A stretch of DNA of 64,000 bases from Chloroflexota bacterium (GCA_016191465.1 JACPOP010000020.1:11888-75887), one strand, 5' to 3'; counted from the stretch's first letter, positions 8,549 to 19,114 are shown. Notes: generated from the letters alone by a model not told the origin. Translations and numbers: made by a program.

Positions 8549-10306
8549 ATGGCCGGGACAACCGTGGGGACGCCTCAGCACAGTGACGTGCGCGACGGTA
8601 TGCAGGTGGACTGGGACGTGCCCATTGAGACCGCCGATGGGATCGTCTTGCGCGCCGACGTGTTCCGCCCGCCGATCGCGGGGCGCTTCCCGGTGCTGTT
8701 GTCGTACGGACCTTATGCCAAGGGACTGAGCTTCCAGGAAGGCTACCCCGCACAATGGCAAAAAATGGTGAGCGACTACCCGGACGTGGCGGCCGGGTCC
8801 ACCAATCGGTACCAGAACTGGGAGGTCGTGGACCCCGAGAAATGGGTGCCGGACGGCTACGTCTGTGTCCGCGTCGATTCGCGTGGGGCCGGTCGGTCGC
8901 CCGGTTTTTTGGACCTGTTCTCGCCCCGGGAGACGCGTGACCTGTACGAATGCATCGAATGGGCTGCCGCCCAGCCGTGGAGTAGCGGCAAGGTTGGGCT
9001 GATCGGCATCTCCTACTACGGCATAAACCAGTGGCTTGTGGCGGCCCTCCAGCCGCCGCACCTGGCGGCCATGATTCCCTGGGAAAGCAGTGCCGACTTT
9101 TACCGGGAGAGTACGTACCACGGTGGCATCCTGAGCGACTTCATGGCTCGCTGGTACCCCGTGCAGGTCAAGACCGTGCAGCATGGGGTGGGAGAGCGTG
9201 GCGCCAGGAGCCCGATCACCGGCGAGCCGGTGGCAGGGCCCGAGACGCTCACGGACGCCGTCCTGGAGGCGAACCGGGCCAACCTGCCCGCGGACATCCG
9301 CTCCCACCGCTTGGACGACGCCTGGCACCAGGAGCGCTCGGCCGTCTGGCCGAAGGTCCAGGTACCGTTCCTCTCAGCGGCGAACTGGGGCGGCCAGGGG
9401 CTGCACCCGCGCGGCAACTTCGACGCGTTTACGGATGCTGCCGCGGAGCAGAAGTGGCTGGAAGTCCACGGCGGGGCGCACTGGGCACTGTTCTACACCG
9501 ACTACGGCATTGCCTTGCAGAAGCGGTTCCTGAACCACTTCCTGAAAGGGGTAGACAACGGCTGGGACCAGGAGCCACGGGTCTTGCTGAACATCCGCCA
9601 CCCGGGCGAGCGCTTCGTGCCGCGTCCGGAGCACGAATGGCCATTGGCACGCACCCGCTGGACGACGTACTACCTTGACCCGGCGGCGCAGGGCTTCAGC
9701 GCACGGCCACTGCCCAACCTGGAGTCCGTCACCTACGAGGCCCTCGGCGACGGCATCACCCTGAGCACCCCACCCCTCGAAGCCCCCACCGAGATCACGG
9801 GGCCAATCGCGGCCCGGCTGTTCATCTCGTCGTCCACCACGGATGCGGATCTGTTCCTGGTTGTACGGGTCTTCGACCCGGACGGTGCCGAGGTCGTCTT
9901 CCAGGGCGCGCTGGACCCGAACACGCCGATCGCTCAGGGGTGGCTCCGCGCCTCGCATCGGCGGCTCGACCCGGAAAAGACCCTTCCGTACAAGCCCTAT
10001 CATCCCCATGGCCGCCCTGAGCCTCTGACGCCGGGTGAGGTCTACCAGTTAGACGTGGAGGTGTGGCCGACCTGCATCGTCGTGCCAGCGGGCTACCGCC
10101 TGGCGCTGACGGTCCGTGGCCGCGACTACGAGTACGCCGGTGAGCTTGACGAGTTCGCCCGCACGTTCGTGTACGCATCGAGGGGCGTGGGTCCGTTCAC
10201 GCACGCGAGCGCCGAAGATCGGCCGGCCGAGGTGTTCGGCGGGCGCGTGACCCTCCACGCGGGCGGGGGCAGGGATTCGTACCTCCTGCTCCCGGTCATC
10301 CCGTGA
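8549..10306 (+). CDS. CocE/NonD-family (S15 X-Pro dipeptidyl-peptidase-like) alpha/beta hydrolase
   Basis: RADVFRP...FPVLLSYGPY, VRVDSRGAGRSPG, nucleophile elbow GISYYG, C-terminal jelly-roll domain. The ATG at 8549 is preceded by GAGGGGA. Confidence 0.85.
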   Translation: MAGTTVGTPQHSDVRDGMQVDWDVPIETADGIVLRADVFRPPIAGRFPVLLSYGPYAKGLSFQEGYPAQWQKMVSDYPDVAAGSTNRYQNWEVVDPEKWVPDGYVCVRVDSRGAGRSPGFLDLFSPRETRDLYECIEWAAAQPWSSGKVGLIGISYYGINQWLVAALQPPHLAAMIPWESSADFYRESTYHGGILSDFMARWYPVQVKTVQHGVGERGARSPITGEPVAGPETLTDAVLEANRANLPADIRSHRLDDAWHQERSAVWPKVQVPFLSAANWGGQGLHPRGNFDAFTDAAAEQKWLEVHGGAHWALFYTDYGIALQKRFLNHFLKGVDNGWDQEPRVLLNIRHPGERFVPRPEHEWPLARTRWTTYYLDPAAQGFSARPLPNLESVTYEALGDGITLSTPPLEAPTEITGPIAARLFISSSTTDADLFLVVRVFDPDGAEVVFQGALDPNTPIAQGWLRASHRRLDPEKTLPYKPYHPHGRPEPLTPGEVYQLDVEVWPTCIVVPAGYRLALTVRGRDYEYAGELDEFARTFVYASRGVGPFTHASAEDRPAEVFGGRVTLHAGGGRDSYLLLPVIP

Positions 10307-10317
10307 GCGAACGACCG

Positions 10318-11085
10318 TTAGAGCATCACTTTGCCACCGGAGACGTCCACGGTTGCGCCGGTGATGTAGGCGGCCTCGTCCGAAGCGAGGAACAGGACGA
10401 TGCCGGTCTGCTCATCCACCTCGGCAATGCGGCCGAGGGGCGTGAGCGCGACCATGGCGCGCTCCGACTCGTCGGTCATGCGCCCCCGCACACGGTCCGA
10501 GTACGTGGTGCCAGGCGCCGTAGCATTGACGGTCACGCCAGAGGCCGCTACCTCGCGCGCCAGGTGGCGAGTAAAGCCCAGCAAGCCAGCCTTGCTGGCC
10601 GCGTAGTGGGCAGCCGTAAAAGCAACCGGCATGCGCCCCGCTTCCGACGAGATGTTGATGATCCGACCCCAGCGGCGCTCCACCATCCCGGGGAGTACGG
10701 CTTTCGAGCACAGAAACGCGGTCTTCAAGTTGAGCGCGAGGATGTGGTCCCAGTCCTCTTCCGAGGTTTCCACCACCTTCAGGCGGGCACCAAACCCACC
10801 CGCGGAGTTGACCAGGATGTCAATCTGCCCGAACCGCGCTTCAACCGCCTGGCAGACACGCGCGACCTCGGCGCCGCGCGTCAGATCGGCCGAGAGCGCC
10901 ACGGCCTCGGCGCCCGCCTCCCGCAGCTCTTCGGCGACCCGCTCCGCGGCTTCCGCCCGGCGGCCGCCCACCACCGCGACGCGCGCGCCCTGCTCGGCAA
11001 AGCGCCGCGCAACCGCCTCGCCAATCCCGGTGTTCGCGCCGGTCACCAGTGCCGTCTTCCCCTGTAGCTCCGGGTACCGCGCCAC
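10318..11085 (-). CDS. Short-chain dehydrogenase/reductase (FabG-like)
   Basis: TGxxxGIG (ALVTGANTGIGEA), NSAG, and YxxxK (YAASKAGL). Confidence 0.9.
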   Translation of the reverse strand: MARYPELQGKTALVTGANTGIGEAVARRFAEQGARVAVVGGRRAEAAERVAEELREAGAEAVALSADLTRGAEVARVCQAVEARFGQIDILVNSAGGFGARLKVVETSEEDWDHILALNLKTAFLCSKAVLPGMVERRWGRIINISSEAGRMPVAFTAAHYAASKAGLLGFTRHLAREVAASGVTVNATAPGTTYSDRVRGRMTDESERAMVALTPLGRIAEVDEQTGIVLFLASDEAAYITGATVDVSGGKVML

Positions 11086-11207
11086 GCCGTTCCTCCCACT
11101 GCCCCGCCAGATGAGCCGTCAGGTAACGGGAGCGCGATGCGCTGGGCGTGGCATGCCTGAGCACGCCAGTATACCCGGCCCTCCGAGGGGGCCATGAGGA
11201 GGCCGCG

Positions 11208-12197
11208 TTGGTCACCATCGACATTCACGCGCACGTCCTGACCGAGGACATGATGGCGCGCTTGGGCGAGGCGGACGCCGTGCACGCGCCGCGCCTGGAG
11301 GAGCGGCAGGCAGAGCAAGCCACGCTTGTCGTGGGCACGTTCCGCTTCCCGGCGTTCCCGCGCGGCGGCTGGGACGTCGCGCGCCGGTTGGCCGACATGG
11401 ACGCCACCGGGGTAGCTGTACAGGCGCTCTCGGTGGTGCCGTTCACCTACCTGTACGAGCTGGAGCCGGCACTTGGGGCCACGTTCTCCCGCATCCAGAA
11501 CGACGCCATTGCAGCCCTCGTACGGGACCACCCCACCCGCTTCGTCGGTCTGGCCACGCTTCCGCTGCAGGACCCACTGGTGGCGGCCGACGAGCTGCGG
11601 CGAGCGTGCGGGGAGCTGGGCCTGCGGGGCTTTGCCATGGGCACGAATGTCGCCGGACGGAACCTGGACGATCCAGCACTGGCGCCGGTCTGGGCCGCGG
11701 CGGCGGAGGTGGGCGCCTTCGTCTTCGTACACCCGCAATCTGTCGCGGCGGCCGAGCGCCTGGGCCGCTACTACCTGATCAACCTCATTGGCAATCCGCT
11801 GGATACATCGATCGCGGCGGCGTCGCTGGTGTTTGGCGGCGTGCTGGAACGCCACCCGCGCCTCACCGTCTGCCTCGCGCATGGCGGCGGGTTCGTACCC
11901 TACCAGCGCGGTCGCTGGGAACATGGCTGGCGCGTTCGGGCGGAGCCGCGGCAGTCGCTCCGGCGTGATCCCGCCGCGTCGCTGAACCGATTCCTCTACG
12001 ACACGATCCTGCACTCGCCGGCCGCGTTGGAGTACCTTGTGCAGACCGCTGGTGCCGACCGCGTACTCCTGGGGAGCGACTATCCGTTCGACATGGGGCC
12101 CAGCGATCCCGTGGCAGCAGTCCGCGGCGCCGTGCGTGGGGCCGCGCAACAGCAGGCGATCCTCGGCAACACGGCCGCCGGTCTGCTCGGCATGTGA
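11208..12197 (+). CDS. Amidohydrolase_2 family metal-dependent hydrolase/decarboxylase (ACMSD-like)
   Basis: N-terminal IDIHAHV metal motif and the later HGGG and D..F.. elements. A TTG at 11208 sits 5 nt after AGGAGG; the ATG at 11148 is an alternative start. Confidence 0.8.
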   Translation: MVTIDIHAHVLTEDMMARLGEADAVHAPRLEERQAEQATLVVGTFRFPAFPRGGWDVARRLADMDATGVAVQALSVVPFTYLYELEPALGATFSRIQNDAIAALVRDHPTRFVGLATLPLQDPLVAADELRRACGELGLRGFAMGTNVAGRNLDDPALAPVWAAAAEVGAFVFVHPQSVAAAERLGRYYLINLIGNPLDTSIAAASLVFGGVLERHPRLTVCLAHGGGFVPYQRGRWEHGWRVRAEPRQSLRRDPAASLNRFLYDTILHSPAALEYLVQTAGADRVLLGSDYPFDMGPSDPVAAVRGAVRGAAQQQAILGNTAAGLLGM

Positions 12198-12276
12198 GCA
12201 CCAACCTGGTCGAGCCTGCCGCGGCCGGCCCTCTGGGATCCGCTGGGGCAACCTCCGCTCGCTCGGGACGGCCAGG

Positions 12277-13047
12277 TCAGCCAGGTGGACGCCCGGCTGA
12301 CGCGGGGTCTTCCTCCGGGCGATGCTGATGCCCATCCATAGTGGTGCCGAGCTTTTCTGCCACTTCGTCCAGGCTGAGCACCCAGCCGAACGCCCGGGCA
12401 ATGTTCTGCAGCCCGAAGAGGTGCAGGTCGTCGCCATACATGCTGTGGACGCAGTCGGCAACCACCACCACGCCAAAGTCGCGGTTGAAAGCGTCGAAGG
12501 CCGTGCATTGCACGCAGGTGTTGGTGTTGACGCCGATCAGGAGGATGGTCTCCACCTCGAGCGAGCGCAGGGTGATCTCCAGGTCTGTGCCATGGAAGGC
12601 ACTCAACCGCCGCTTGGTGTCGATCACGTAGTCGCCAGGCTCCGGCCCAAGCTCTGGCATCAGCTCCGTGCCCCGTGAGCCCGGCAGGTTGTGCCGCTCC
12701 ACCGTGGACGCCCCGGCCGGGGTCAGCGACACGCCGGCCGCCTCGACCGCCCGCCAGAACGGGTTGTGCAACTGCTCCGCCGCGCCGCCGGGTAACCGGC
12801 GGTTCTGCAAAATCACGTGAATGACCGGGATACTCAGCGACCGGGCCAGACGAACCAGGCACGCGGCGCTCTGGACGACTCGGCGGGCGTGTTCCACCGG
12901 CACCGGCATGGTGGCCACGTCCGGGTCGAGGTGCCCGCGGTGTAGGTCCACGGTTACCAGTGCCGTGCGGCGTGGATCGAGGGTCAACTGCCGCTTCAAT
13001 GCATCGAGCGCAGCGCTTCGGTCGATGATCTGGACGGACTGCTCCAT
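12277..13047 (-). CDS. Isochorismatase-family cysteine hydrolase (amidase-type)
   Basis: ALVTVDLH..., ILLIGVNTNTCVQCTAFDA (catalytic Cys context). It lies 20 nt downstream of livF in the same orientation. Confidence 0.85.
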   Translation of the reverse strand: MEQSVQIIDRSAALDALKRQLTLDPRRTALVTVDLHRGHLDPDVATMPVPVEHARRVVQSAACLVRLARSLSIPVIHVILQNRRLPGGAAEQLHNPFWRAVEAAGVSLTPAGASTVERHNLPGSRGTELMPELGPEPGDYVIDTKRRLSAFHGTDLEITLRSLEVETILLIGVNTNTCVQCTAFDAFNRDFGVVVVADCVHSMYGDDLHLFGLQNIARAFGWVLSLDEVAEKLGTTMDGHQHRPEEDPASAGRPPG

Positions 13048-13067
13048 GCGTTCTCCGGGGCTCGTCG

Positions 13068-13838
13068 TCAGGCCACTACCTGTCCGGTGGGCGGGCGCGG
13101 CGCGGTCATCGTGCCTCCCTGCCCCAGGTACAGCCGCTTCACTTCAGGATCCTGGAGGAGCGTGGGGCCGTGCCCCTGCAGCTTGATCCGCCCAAGCTCC
13201 ATGACACATCCCGTGCGTGAGGCGGCGAGCCCCGTCCGGGCGTTCTGCTCCACCAGGAGGATTGTGACGCCACTGGCGTTCAGCTCCTGCATTTTCTCTA
13301 CCACCGTCCGAGACGCCCGCGGCTCCAGGCCGAGCGTCGGCTCGTCCAGCAAGATCATGCGTGCGCCGGTCATCGTAGCGCGCGCCATCTCTACCTGCTT
13401 CTGCTCGCCCCCGCTGAGGAGTCCTGCCACCTTGTTCCTCTGCCGCTCCACAATCGGGAACATCGCGCACGCCTGCTCCAGGCGCTCCTGACGGATCCGG
13501 CGATCGTGCAACGTATAGGCGCCCATCAGGACGTTTTCCCAGACGGACATGTCTGGGAAGGTACTGCGCCCCTGGGGCACGTGGGCGAGGCCCAGGCGAA
13601 ACACGCGGTCAGGGCGAAGGCCGCCAATCTCCTGCCCGCGGAATTGGATGGAGCCCTGGCGTGGCTTCACGAGCCCGGAAATGGTTCGAAGGAGGGTTGA
13701 CTTCCCGGCTCCGTTCGGACCGATCAGACACATGAAGTCGCCTTCCTCGATCTGCAGATCCACGCCCCGCAGAATGTCGCCGCCGGAGCCGTACCCGGCG
13801 AACAACTGGCGCATTTCCAGCACGTTCCCGGAGCTCAT
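13068..13838 (-). CDS. livF: HAAT-family ABC transporter ATPase (LivF-type)
   Basis: Walker A GPNGAGKST, signature LSGGEQ, Walker B ILLDEP. The ATG at 13838 overlaps the livG stop (TGATG). Confidence 0.9.
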   Translation of the reverse strand: MSSGNVLEMRQLFAGYGSGGDILRGVDLQIEEGDFMCLIGPNGAGKSTLLRTISGLVKPRQGSIQFRGQEIGGLRPDRVFRLGLAHVPQGRSTFPDMSVWENVLMGAYTLHDRRIRQERLEQACAMFPIVERQRNKVAGLLSGGEQKQVEMARATMTGARMILLDEPTLGLEPRASRTVVEKMQELNASGVTILLVEQNARTGLAASRTGCVMELGRIKLQGHGPTLLQDPEVKRLYLGQGGTMTAPRPPTGQVVA

Positions 13839-14605
13839 CAATCCCCCAGGTACGCATCAAGGACGAGCGGGTCTTCCCTGATGATCGATGGCGGCCCCGA
13901 GGCAATCGTCTGCCCGCGGTGCAGCACGAACACCGGGTCGCAGAACTGCATGACGAGGTCCATGTTGTGCTCCACGATACAGAAGGTTGTGCCCTGCTGG
14001 TTGAGCTCGTGGATGTACCCCGCCATACGCTCGATCATGATCGGATTTAGGCCACCAGCCGGCTCGTCCAGCATGACCAGCTTCGGACCGACCATCAACG
14101 CCGAGGCGAGCTCGAGGAGCTTTTGCTGCCCAAAGGAGAGGCTCCCGGCGAGGTGCGTGCGGAGCTGCACGATGCCAAAAAACTCCAGCAGGTGTTCAGC
14201 GCGCTCCTGCTCGTGGCCCCCGATAGCCGGGCGGAACAGCGTCTTCAACGTCTGCTGGCGGAGGGGCACGATCATGTTCTCCAGCACGCTCATGCCGCGG
14301 AAGATCCGCGTGACCTGGAACGTGCGGACCACGCCCATGTGCACGATCTCGTTCGGCCGCCGCCCCTGAATTGGCACGCCCCCAAATGTCACCTGCCCCT
14401 GGTCAACCTGATAGAAGCCGGTAATGCAGTTGAAAAGGGTGGTCTTGCCGGAGCCGTTGGGGCCGATGAGACCCGTGATCGTGCCAGGTTCCACCCGCAG
14501 CGAGCAGCCCGCGAGCGCGGTCACCCCGCCGAACGACCGGTACACATCCCGCGCTTCGAGGGTGCCCGCCGGGAGGGCCGGGGCAGCACCGTCCGCCCGG
14601 GTCAA
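13838..14605 (-). CDS. livG: HAAT-family ABC transporter ATPase (LivG-type)
   Basis: Walker A GPNGSGKTT, LSFGQQ, VMLDEP. The TTG start overlaps the livM stop (TTGA). Confidence 0.9.
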   Translation of the reverse strand: MTRADGAAPALPAGTLEARDVYRSFGGVTALAGCSLRVEPGTITGLIGPNGSGKTTLFNCITGFYQVDQGQVTFGGVPIQGRRPNEIVHMGVVRTFQVTRIFRGMSVLENMIVPLRQQTLKTLFRPAIGGHEQERAEHLLEFFGIVQLRTHLAGSLSFGQQKLLELASALMVGPKLVMLDEPAGGLNPIMIERMAGYIHELNQQGTTFCIVEHNMDLVMQFCDPVFVLHRGQTIASGPPSIIREDPLVLDAYLGD

Positions 14606-15606
14606 GGCGCCGCCTCCGCTGGCGGAGCTGTCTGCCGCCGCCCGCGCCAGCCGCTCCCGCCAGCACGGGCCGAGCGGTACGCGTTGACAATGCCGTCTGG
14701 CATGAACAGGACGACCAGCAGGAGCACCACGCCCAGGGCCACGAGGTGCAATTGCCCCGCGACGCTCGAGGGCAACAGGAACACCAGGTACTGCGAAAGC
14801 GGCTGCACGAGGAACGCGCCGAGCAGGGGTCCAATCAGCGTTCCGCGCCCTCCCACGAGCGCCATCACGATGGGGCTGAGGGTGATGAACAGGTCGAACG
14901 CGATATCAGGGTCGACGTAGTTCAGGTACTGTGCGCGCAACGCCCCGGCCACGCACGCGAAGAACACGCTGATCGCGAAGGCCAGGATTTTGTACAGCGA
15001 TGTGTCCACGCCGAGCCCTTCGGCCTTCTCTTCCTCCTCGCGGATGGCGATCAGCCCGAGGCCAAACTTCGACCCACGGATCGCCCTGGAAACGAAGTAC
15101 GCGAACACCAACAGCGCCAGCATGTAGTAGTAGAACGGCAGGAGGATGAGATTGTTCGGGAGGGTGAGGAGCGGCATGTAGAGGCCGGAGCTCCCGTTGG
15201 TGAGGCCCTTTAGGTTGAGGGCCAGCAGTTGCACAATCGAGGTGAACGTGAGGGTCACGATCACGAAGGCCGCGGCCCGGGTGCGCAGGGCGATCCACCC
15301 CAGCCCGGCGCCCACCAGCGAGCACAGCACCCCGATGAAGGGCGCGCTGACGAAGACGGGAATATTGAACCGCAACAGCAGGAGCGCGCCGGCATACGAC
15401 CCCAGGCCATAGAAGCCCACCGTGCCAAGCGACACGTAGCCGGCGTAGCCACCCATGATGTCCCACCCGAGCGTGATGGCGGCATACATGAAGGTCGTCA
15501 TCAACAGGTCCAGGTAGAAGGTCTCGCGGATTCCCACCGGGAGCAGCACGAGGACGAGCAGGGGCACCCAGGGCCACCAGCGCTGGAGCGCAGCGGCGCC
15601 CGTCAC
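14602..15606 (-). CDS. livM: HAAT-family ABC transporter permease (LivM-type)
   Basis: Polytopic, with the GYAGYVSLG motif. The 545-aa ORF is trimmed to the GTG at 15606, which overlaps the livH stop (GTGA). Confidence 0.85.
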   Translation of the reverse strand: MTGAAALQRWWPWVPLLVLVLLPVGIRETFYLDLLMTTFMYAAITLGWDIMGGYAGYVSLGTVGFYGLGSYAGALLLLRFNIPVFVSAPFIGVLCSLVGAGLGWIALRTRAAAFVIVTLTFTSIVQLLALNLKGLTNGSSGLYMPLLTLPNNLILLPFYYYMLALLVFAYFVSRAIRGSKFGLGLIAIREEEEKAEGLGVDTSLYKILAFAISVFFACVAGALRAQYLNYVDPDIAFDLFITLSPIVMALVGGRGTLIGPLLGAFLVQPLSQYLVFLLPSSVAGQLHLVALGVVLLLVVLFMPDGIVNAYRSARAGGSGWRGRRQTAPPAEAAP

Positions 15607-16484
15607 AGGCTTCCCCGACGCACCGCCCCAAAGAACCCCTGAGGGCGCACGATGAGCGTGCCGAACAACAGCACGTAGAACAGCATCGGCCCCCACTCCA
15701 GGGGGAGGGTGACCCCGGCCACTTGCTCGGCAACGCCCAGCACGAGCGCCGCCGCGAACGTCCCGGTCAGGCTCCCGAGGCCACCGAGCACCACGATGGC
15801 CAGGAGCTTGCCGATCAAGAGCCAGTGCGTGGCTGGGTAGAACGAATACAGCATGCCCAGCAGCGGCCCCGCCGCCCCCGCCATGGCCAGGCCGGCGGCG
15901 AAGGCGACGGTTGTCACGAAGCCCGCGTGGACACCCACGAGCTGCGCGGCGGTACGATTCTGCGTGGTCGCGCGGATCGCCCGCCCCAGATTCGTCCGGT
16001 AGAGGAGGACGAATACGGCGGCGAGCAGCACGAATGACGCGAGCCCGGCCATCACGCGCACGACCGGGATGTACAACCCTGCCACCTGCACGCTTGACAG
16101 GGAGTACGGCGTCCGGATCGACACATAGGTCGACGACCAGATCGCTCCTTGCAGACCCTCGACGATGATTGCCACCCCGAACGTCGCGAGGACCGTCAGC
16201 GTCAGATCCTTGCTGCTGAGCTTGTCCAGGATCCCCCACTGAATGGCACCGCCCAGCAGGAGAAAGAACGGGATCAGCAGCAGGATCGAGAGCAGCGGAT
16301 CGAGCCCGAAGCTCCTGAAGAGCGCCAGTGCGAGGTACGAGCCGAGCACGATCAACGCCGCGTGCGCGATGTTGATGATGCGCATGATCCCGAAGATCAA
16401 TGACAACCCGACGGAGGTCAGCCCATACAGGCCCCCCGTAAGGATGCCAAGGACCAGGCTCTGCGCCAGCAGCTGCCCGTTCAC
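15603..16484 (-). CDS. livH: HAAT-family ABC transporter permease (LivH-type)
   Basis: Polytopic; N-terminus MNGQLLAQSLVLGILTGGLYGL and IINIAHAAL are typical of LivH. Confidence 0.9.
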   Translation of the reverse strand: MNGQLLAQSLVLGILTGGLYGLTSVGLSLIFGIMRIINIAHAALIVLGSYLALALFRSFGLDPLLSILLLIPFFLLLGGAIQWGILDKLSSKDLTLTVLATFGVAIIVEGLQGAIWSSTYVSIRTPYSLSSVQVAGLYIPVVRVMAGLASFVLLAAVFVLLYRTNLGRAIRATTQNRTAAQLVGVHAGFVTTVAFAAGLAMAGAAGPLLGMLYSFYPATHWLLIGKLLAIVVLGGLGSLTGTFAAALVLGVAEQVAGVTLPLEWGPMLFYVLLFGTLIVRPQGFFGAVRRGSL

Positions 16485-16571
16485 CTCAGCACGTCATGCT
16501 TCATCTTCATAGATGCTCCACGCGTCCACGCCGTGCCATGGCAACCAGCACCTCCGTGTGCACGTGCCGCG

Positions 16572-17969
16572 CTACCAATTCGCCTTCGGGTACACCCCTC
16601 GCGTGTCTTTGGCAACGTCGGGCGGGCCAATCACCGCCAGGGCGCCCTTCTGGTACTGCTGCAGCAGGTACTGGCCCGTGGGTCGACCGGCCTCGTCCCA
16701 ACCGAGGGTGCCCTCGATGGTATCCACCTTGTTCGAGTGCAGCCACTGGGCGATCTTCACGTTGTCGAGGGACTTGGTGCCTTCAACCGCCTTCTGCAAC
16801 ACGGAGGCCGCGGCGAAGCCATTCGCGCCCTCGTCAGGAATGCCCTGCTCGTTCGGGTACATCTTTTGCCAGGCCGCTACGAACGCGGGGTTCCCTGGGG
16901 TTGGCGCCGACTGCGCCCAGCCGAGGCTGGTCGTTATGCCGTCAACCTTGTCGCCCAGCGCGCCCTTGAACGGGCCCACCGTGCCCGGGCCGGAGGTGAA
17001 GAACGCCACCTTGGGCTGATAGCCAATGCCGATGTAGGCCTGGACCTGTCCGATGGCATCGTTGACCACCGTGCCCCCGATCAGCGCCTCCGCCCCCGAG
17101 GCCTTGATGGCAGCCGCGATGGACGCGAAGTCCGTCTGGCTGGCCGGGTAGACCTGCCTGTACACGGTCTTGATGCCCGCCGCCTCGAACTGCTGCTGCA
17201 CGGCGCCCACCAACGCCAGGGTGTATGGATCATCCTGCTGCGGGTAGGCAGCGGTCTTGGGACGCTGGTCCGCGGGCAGGCTCATGATCCAGGCCACGAA
17301 CGGGTCAGCGGCCTTGTCAGACGTGGCTGGCTGCACGAAGAAGAGGTACTTGAAGCCGCGCGTGAAGAGGTCCGGCGCGCCACCCGCACCCTCCGGGAAC
17401 GCCATCTGGTACTTCTCCGCCACCGCCGCCGTGGCGCTGGTCAGAGCACTGGAGAAAGGTCCGAGCAGCAGATCCACCTTGTCCACCGTGACCAGGCGCT
17501 CGTACTGTGTCACGGCCGTCTCCGCACGGCTCTGGTTGTCGTAGGACTTGATTTCGACTCGGCGCCCGAGCAGGCCACCCGCATCGTTGACGGTCTTGGC
17601 CCACAACAGGTATCCGTTCTGGACCGCGTTGCCAGGCTCGGACTTGTCGCCGGTAAGCGCCTGCGAAACACCCACCACGATCGGGCGGTCACAGGGCGGG
17701 AGCTGACACCCCGCCGCGCCGGCCGCCTGGCCGGCCGGGGCAGCCGCGCCAGCGGGCGATGCCGCGGCTGCCGGCGCCGTAACCGAGGACGCCGCCGGCG
17801 CGGGCGCGGTCGCGGGTGAGCTGGCGGGTTTCGGTGCCGTCGCGGGCGGGGCCGCGGTCGGCGCGCTGGCCGCGGTGGGTGCAGCGGCCGTTGGTGGCGA
17901 GGTGCCACACCCGGCGGCAATGGTGAGCAGTGCAAAAGCTGCGACTATGACAACGGCGTGTCTCGTCAT
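16572..17969 (-). CDS. Lipoprotein substrate-binding protein of the HAAT/LivK (Peripla_BP_6) type; ligand unknown
   Basis: Lipobox LLTIAAGC, a roughly 70-aa Ala/Pro linker, then IVVGVSQALTGDKSEPGNAVQNGYLLWAKTVNDAGGLLGRRVEIKSYDNQS. The ATG at 17969 is preceded by GAGGGGA. Confidence 0.85.
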   Translation of the reverse strand: MTRHAVVIVAAFALLTIAAGCGTSPPTAAAPTAASAPTAAPPATAPKPASSPATAPAPAASSVTAPAAAASPAGAAAPAGQAAGAAGCQLPPCDRPIVVGVSQALTGDKSEPGNAVQNGYLLWAKTVNDAGGLLGRRVEIKSYDNQSRAETAVTQYERLVTVDKVDLLLGPFSSALTSATAAVAEKYQMAFPEGAGGAPDLFTRGFKYLFFVQPATSDKAADPFVAWIMSLPADQRPKTAAYPQQDDPYTLALVGAVQQQFEAAGIKTVYRQVYPASQTDFASIAAAIKASGAEALIGGTVVNDAIGQVQAYIGIGYQPKVAFFTSGPGTVGPFKGALGDKVDGITTSLGWAQSAPTPGNPAFVAAWQKMYPNEQGIPDEGANGFAAASVLQKAVEGTKSLDNVKIAQWLHSNKVDTIEGTLGWDEAGRPTGQYLLQQYQKGALAVIGPPDVAKDTRGVYPKANW

Positions 17970-18022
17970 GTGTGCATGTCCCCTCTGGTCTGATGATCCG
18001 AACCGTGCGTGCCCAACGGGCG

Positions 18023-19114
18023 TCATCGCGTACCACCCAAATGTTCGGCGAGCCAGTCCGCGGCCCCCGAGCGCGATTGGAACAGGTAATTTGTACACCC
18101 GTGATTCCCGTTTTCAAACCGCATGAGTTGGACGTTCGGCGCCTCGCGGGCGATTCGCTCCGCGTCCGAGAATGGAATGATCGGGTCGGCCGTGCCGTGA
18201 ATGACCAGCAGCGGGCACTGGACCCGCTCGGCAATCCCGGAAAGGTCCAGTTGGCGTGTGCGCTGAAGAGCGTCCTCAGGGTTGCCCGCGCCCGTCCGGT
18301 GCTGCAGGGTGGCGCGCGTCATCGGCGGGAGATTGGCCCAGTACTCGCTCATTGCGTACGGGCCGGCGTTATCCACCACGGCCTTGAGGCGGGGCTCGAA
18401 GGCCGCCGCGCGGATCACGTAGTACCCACCCAGGCTGATCCCATAGCAGCCGACGCGGTCCGCGTCCAGGTCGTTGGCCTGTTCGCCGAGGAAATCCAGG
18501 ATCGCCCCGATGGGTCGTTCCCAGGCCGCTTCGATGGGCAGCTGCGCCTCGGTTTCGCCCTGGCCGGGCCCATCCACCGCCAGCGTTGCCAACCCCCTTT
18601 CGAGGAAGTACTCGGCCACGGGCTGCAGCTCCTCCTTGGTGGAGTCGAGGCCCGGCAATAAGACCACCACGGGTGGCCGCTGGACGCCGGGCGGGCGCCG
18701 CAGCAGAGCGCCCAGGCGTACTCCCTGGTAGGGGATGAACACCTTCTCGCCCGGCGGAGAAAGCGAGGAGAGGCCCCGATCGTAGCAAGCGTTCGCACGC
18801 CCTTGCGCGTGGGCGGCAGCTCTGGCATCTTCGACGGCCACGAACTTGCCGAAGTGCCAGCATAGTGCGGCGCGCCGCCAGGCCTCGGCGGCCGAGCGGT
18901 GCGCTCCGCGCTCCTCCGCTCGCTCGGCGAACGTCTCGTACTCCCGCGCGGTGACACTCCACTCAGCCAGCCACTGGTCCCACCGAAGAATCCGAGACAC
19001 GGTGGCCTGGTAGTCACCGTAGCTCACGCCCGCCGCCATGAACCGCGCTGCCCAATTGCGTTTGGCGGCTGCCACCCACTCGTCTTGCTGCTCGTCCATG
19101 GGTGCCAGAGCCAT
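18023..19114 (-). CDS. Alpha/beta hydrolase with N-terminal helical domain (FrsA / 2,6-dihydroxy-pseudo-oxynicotine-hydrolase-like)
   Basis: Nucleophile elbow GISLGG, C-terminal HG...D elements, and a helical N-domain (EYETFAERAEERGAHRSAAEAWRRAALCWHFGKF). The start is trimmed to the ATG at 19114. Confidence 0.75.
   Translation of the reverse strand: MALAPMDEQQDEWVAAAKRNWAARFMAAGVSYGDYQATVSRILRWDQWLAEWSVTAREYETFAERAEERGAHRSAAEAWRRAALCWHFGKFVAVEDARAAAHAQGRANACYDRGLSSLSPPGEKVFIPYQGVRLGALLRRPPGVQRPPVVVLLPGLDSTKEELQPVAEYFLERGLATLAVDGPGQGETEAQLPIEAAWERPIGAILDFLGEQANDLDADRVGCYGISLGGYYVIRAAAFEPRLKAVVDNAGPYAMSEYWANLPPMTRATLQHRTGAGNPEDALQRTRQLDLSGIAERVQCPLLVIHGTADPIIPFSDAERIAREAPNVQLMRFENGNHGCTNYLFQSRSGAADWLAEHLGGTR

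Noticed and set aside
14602-16239. Full 545-aa version of the livM ORF
   Set aside because: The N-terminal roughly 210 aa overlap livH out of frame and are Arg/Gly-rich. The GTG at 15606 overlaps the livH stop and gives a normal-length permease.
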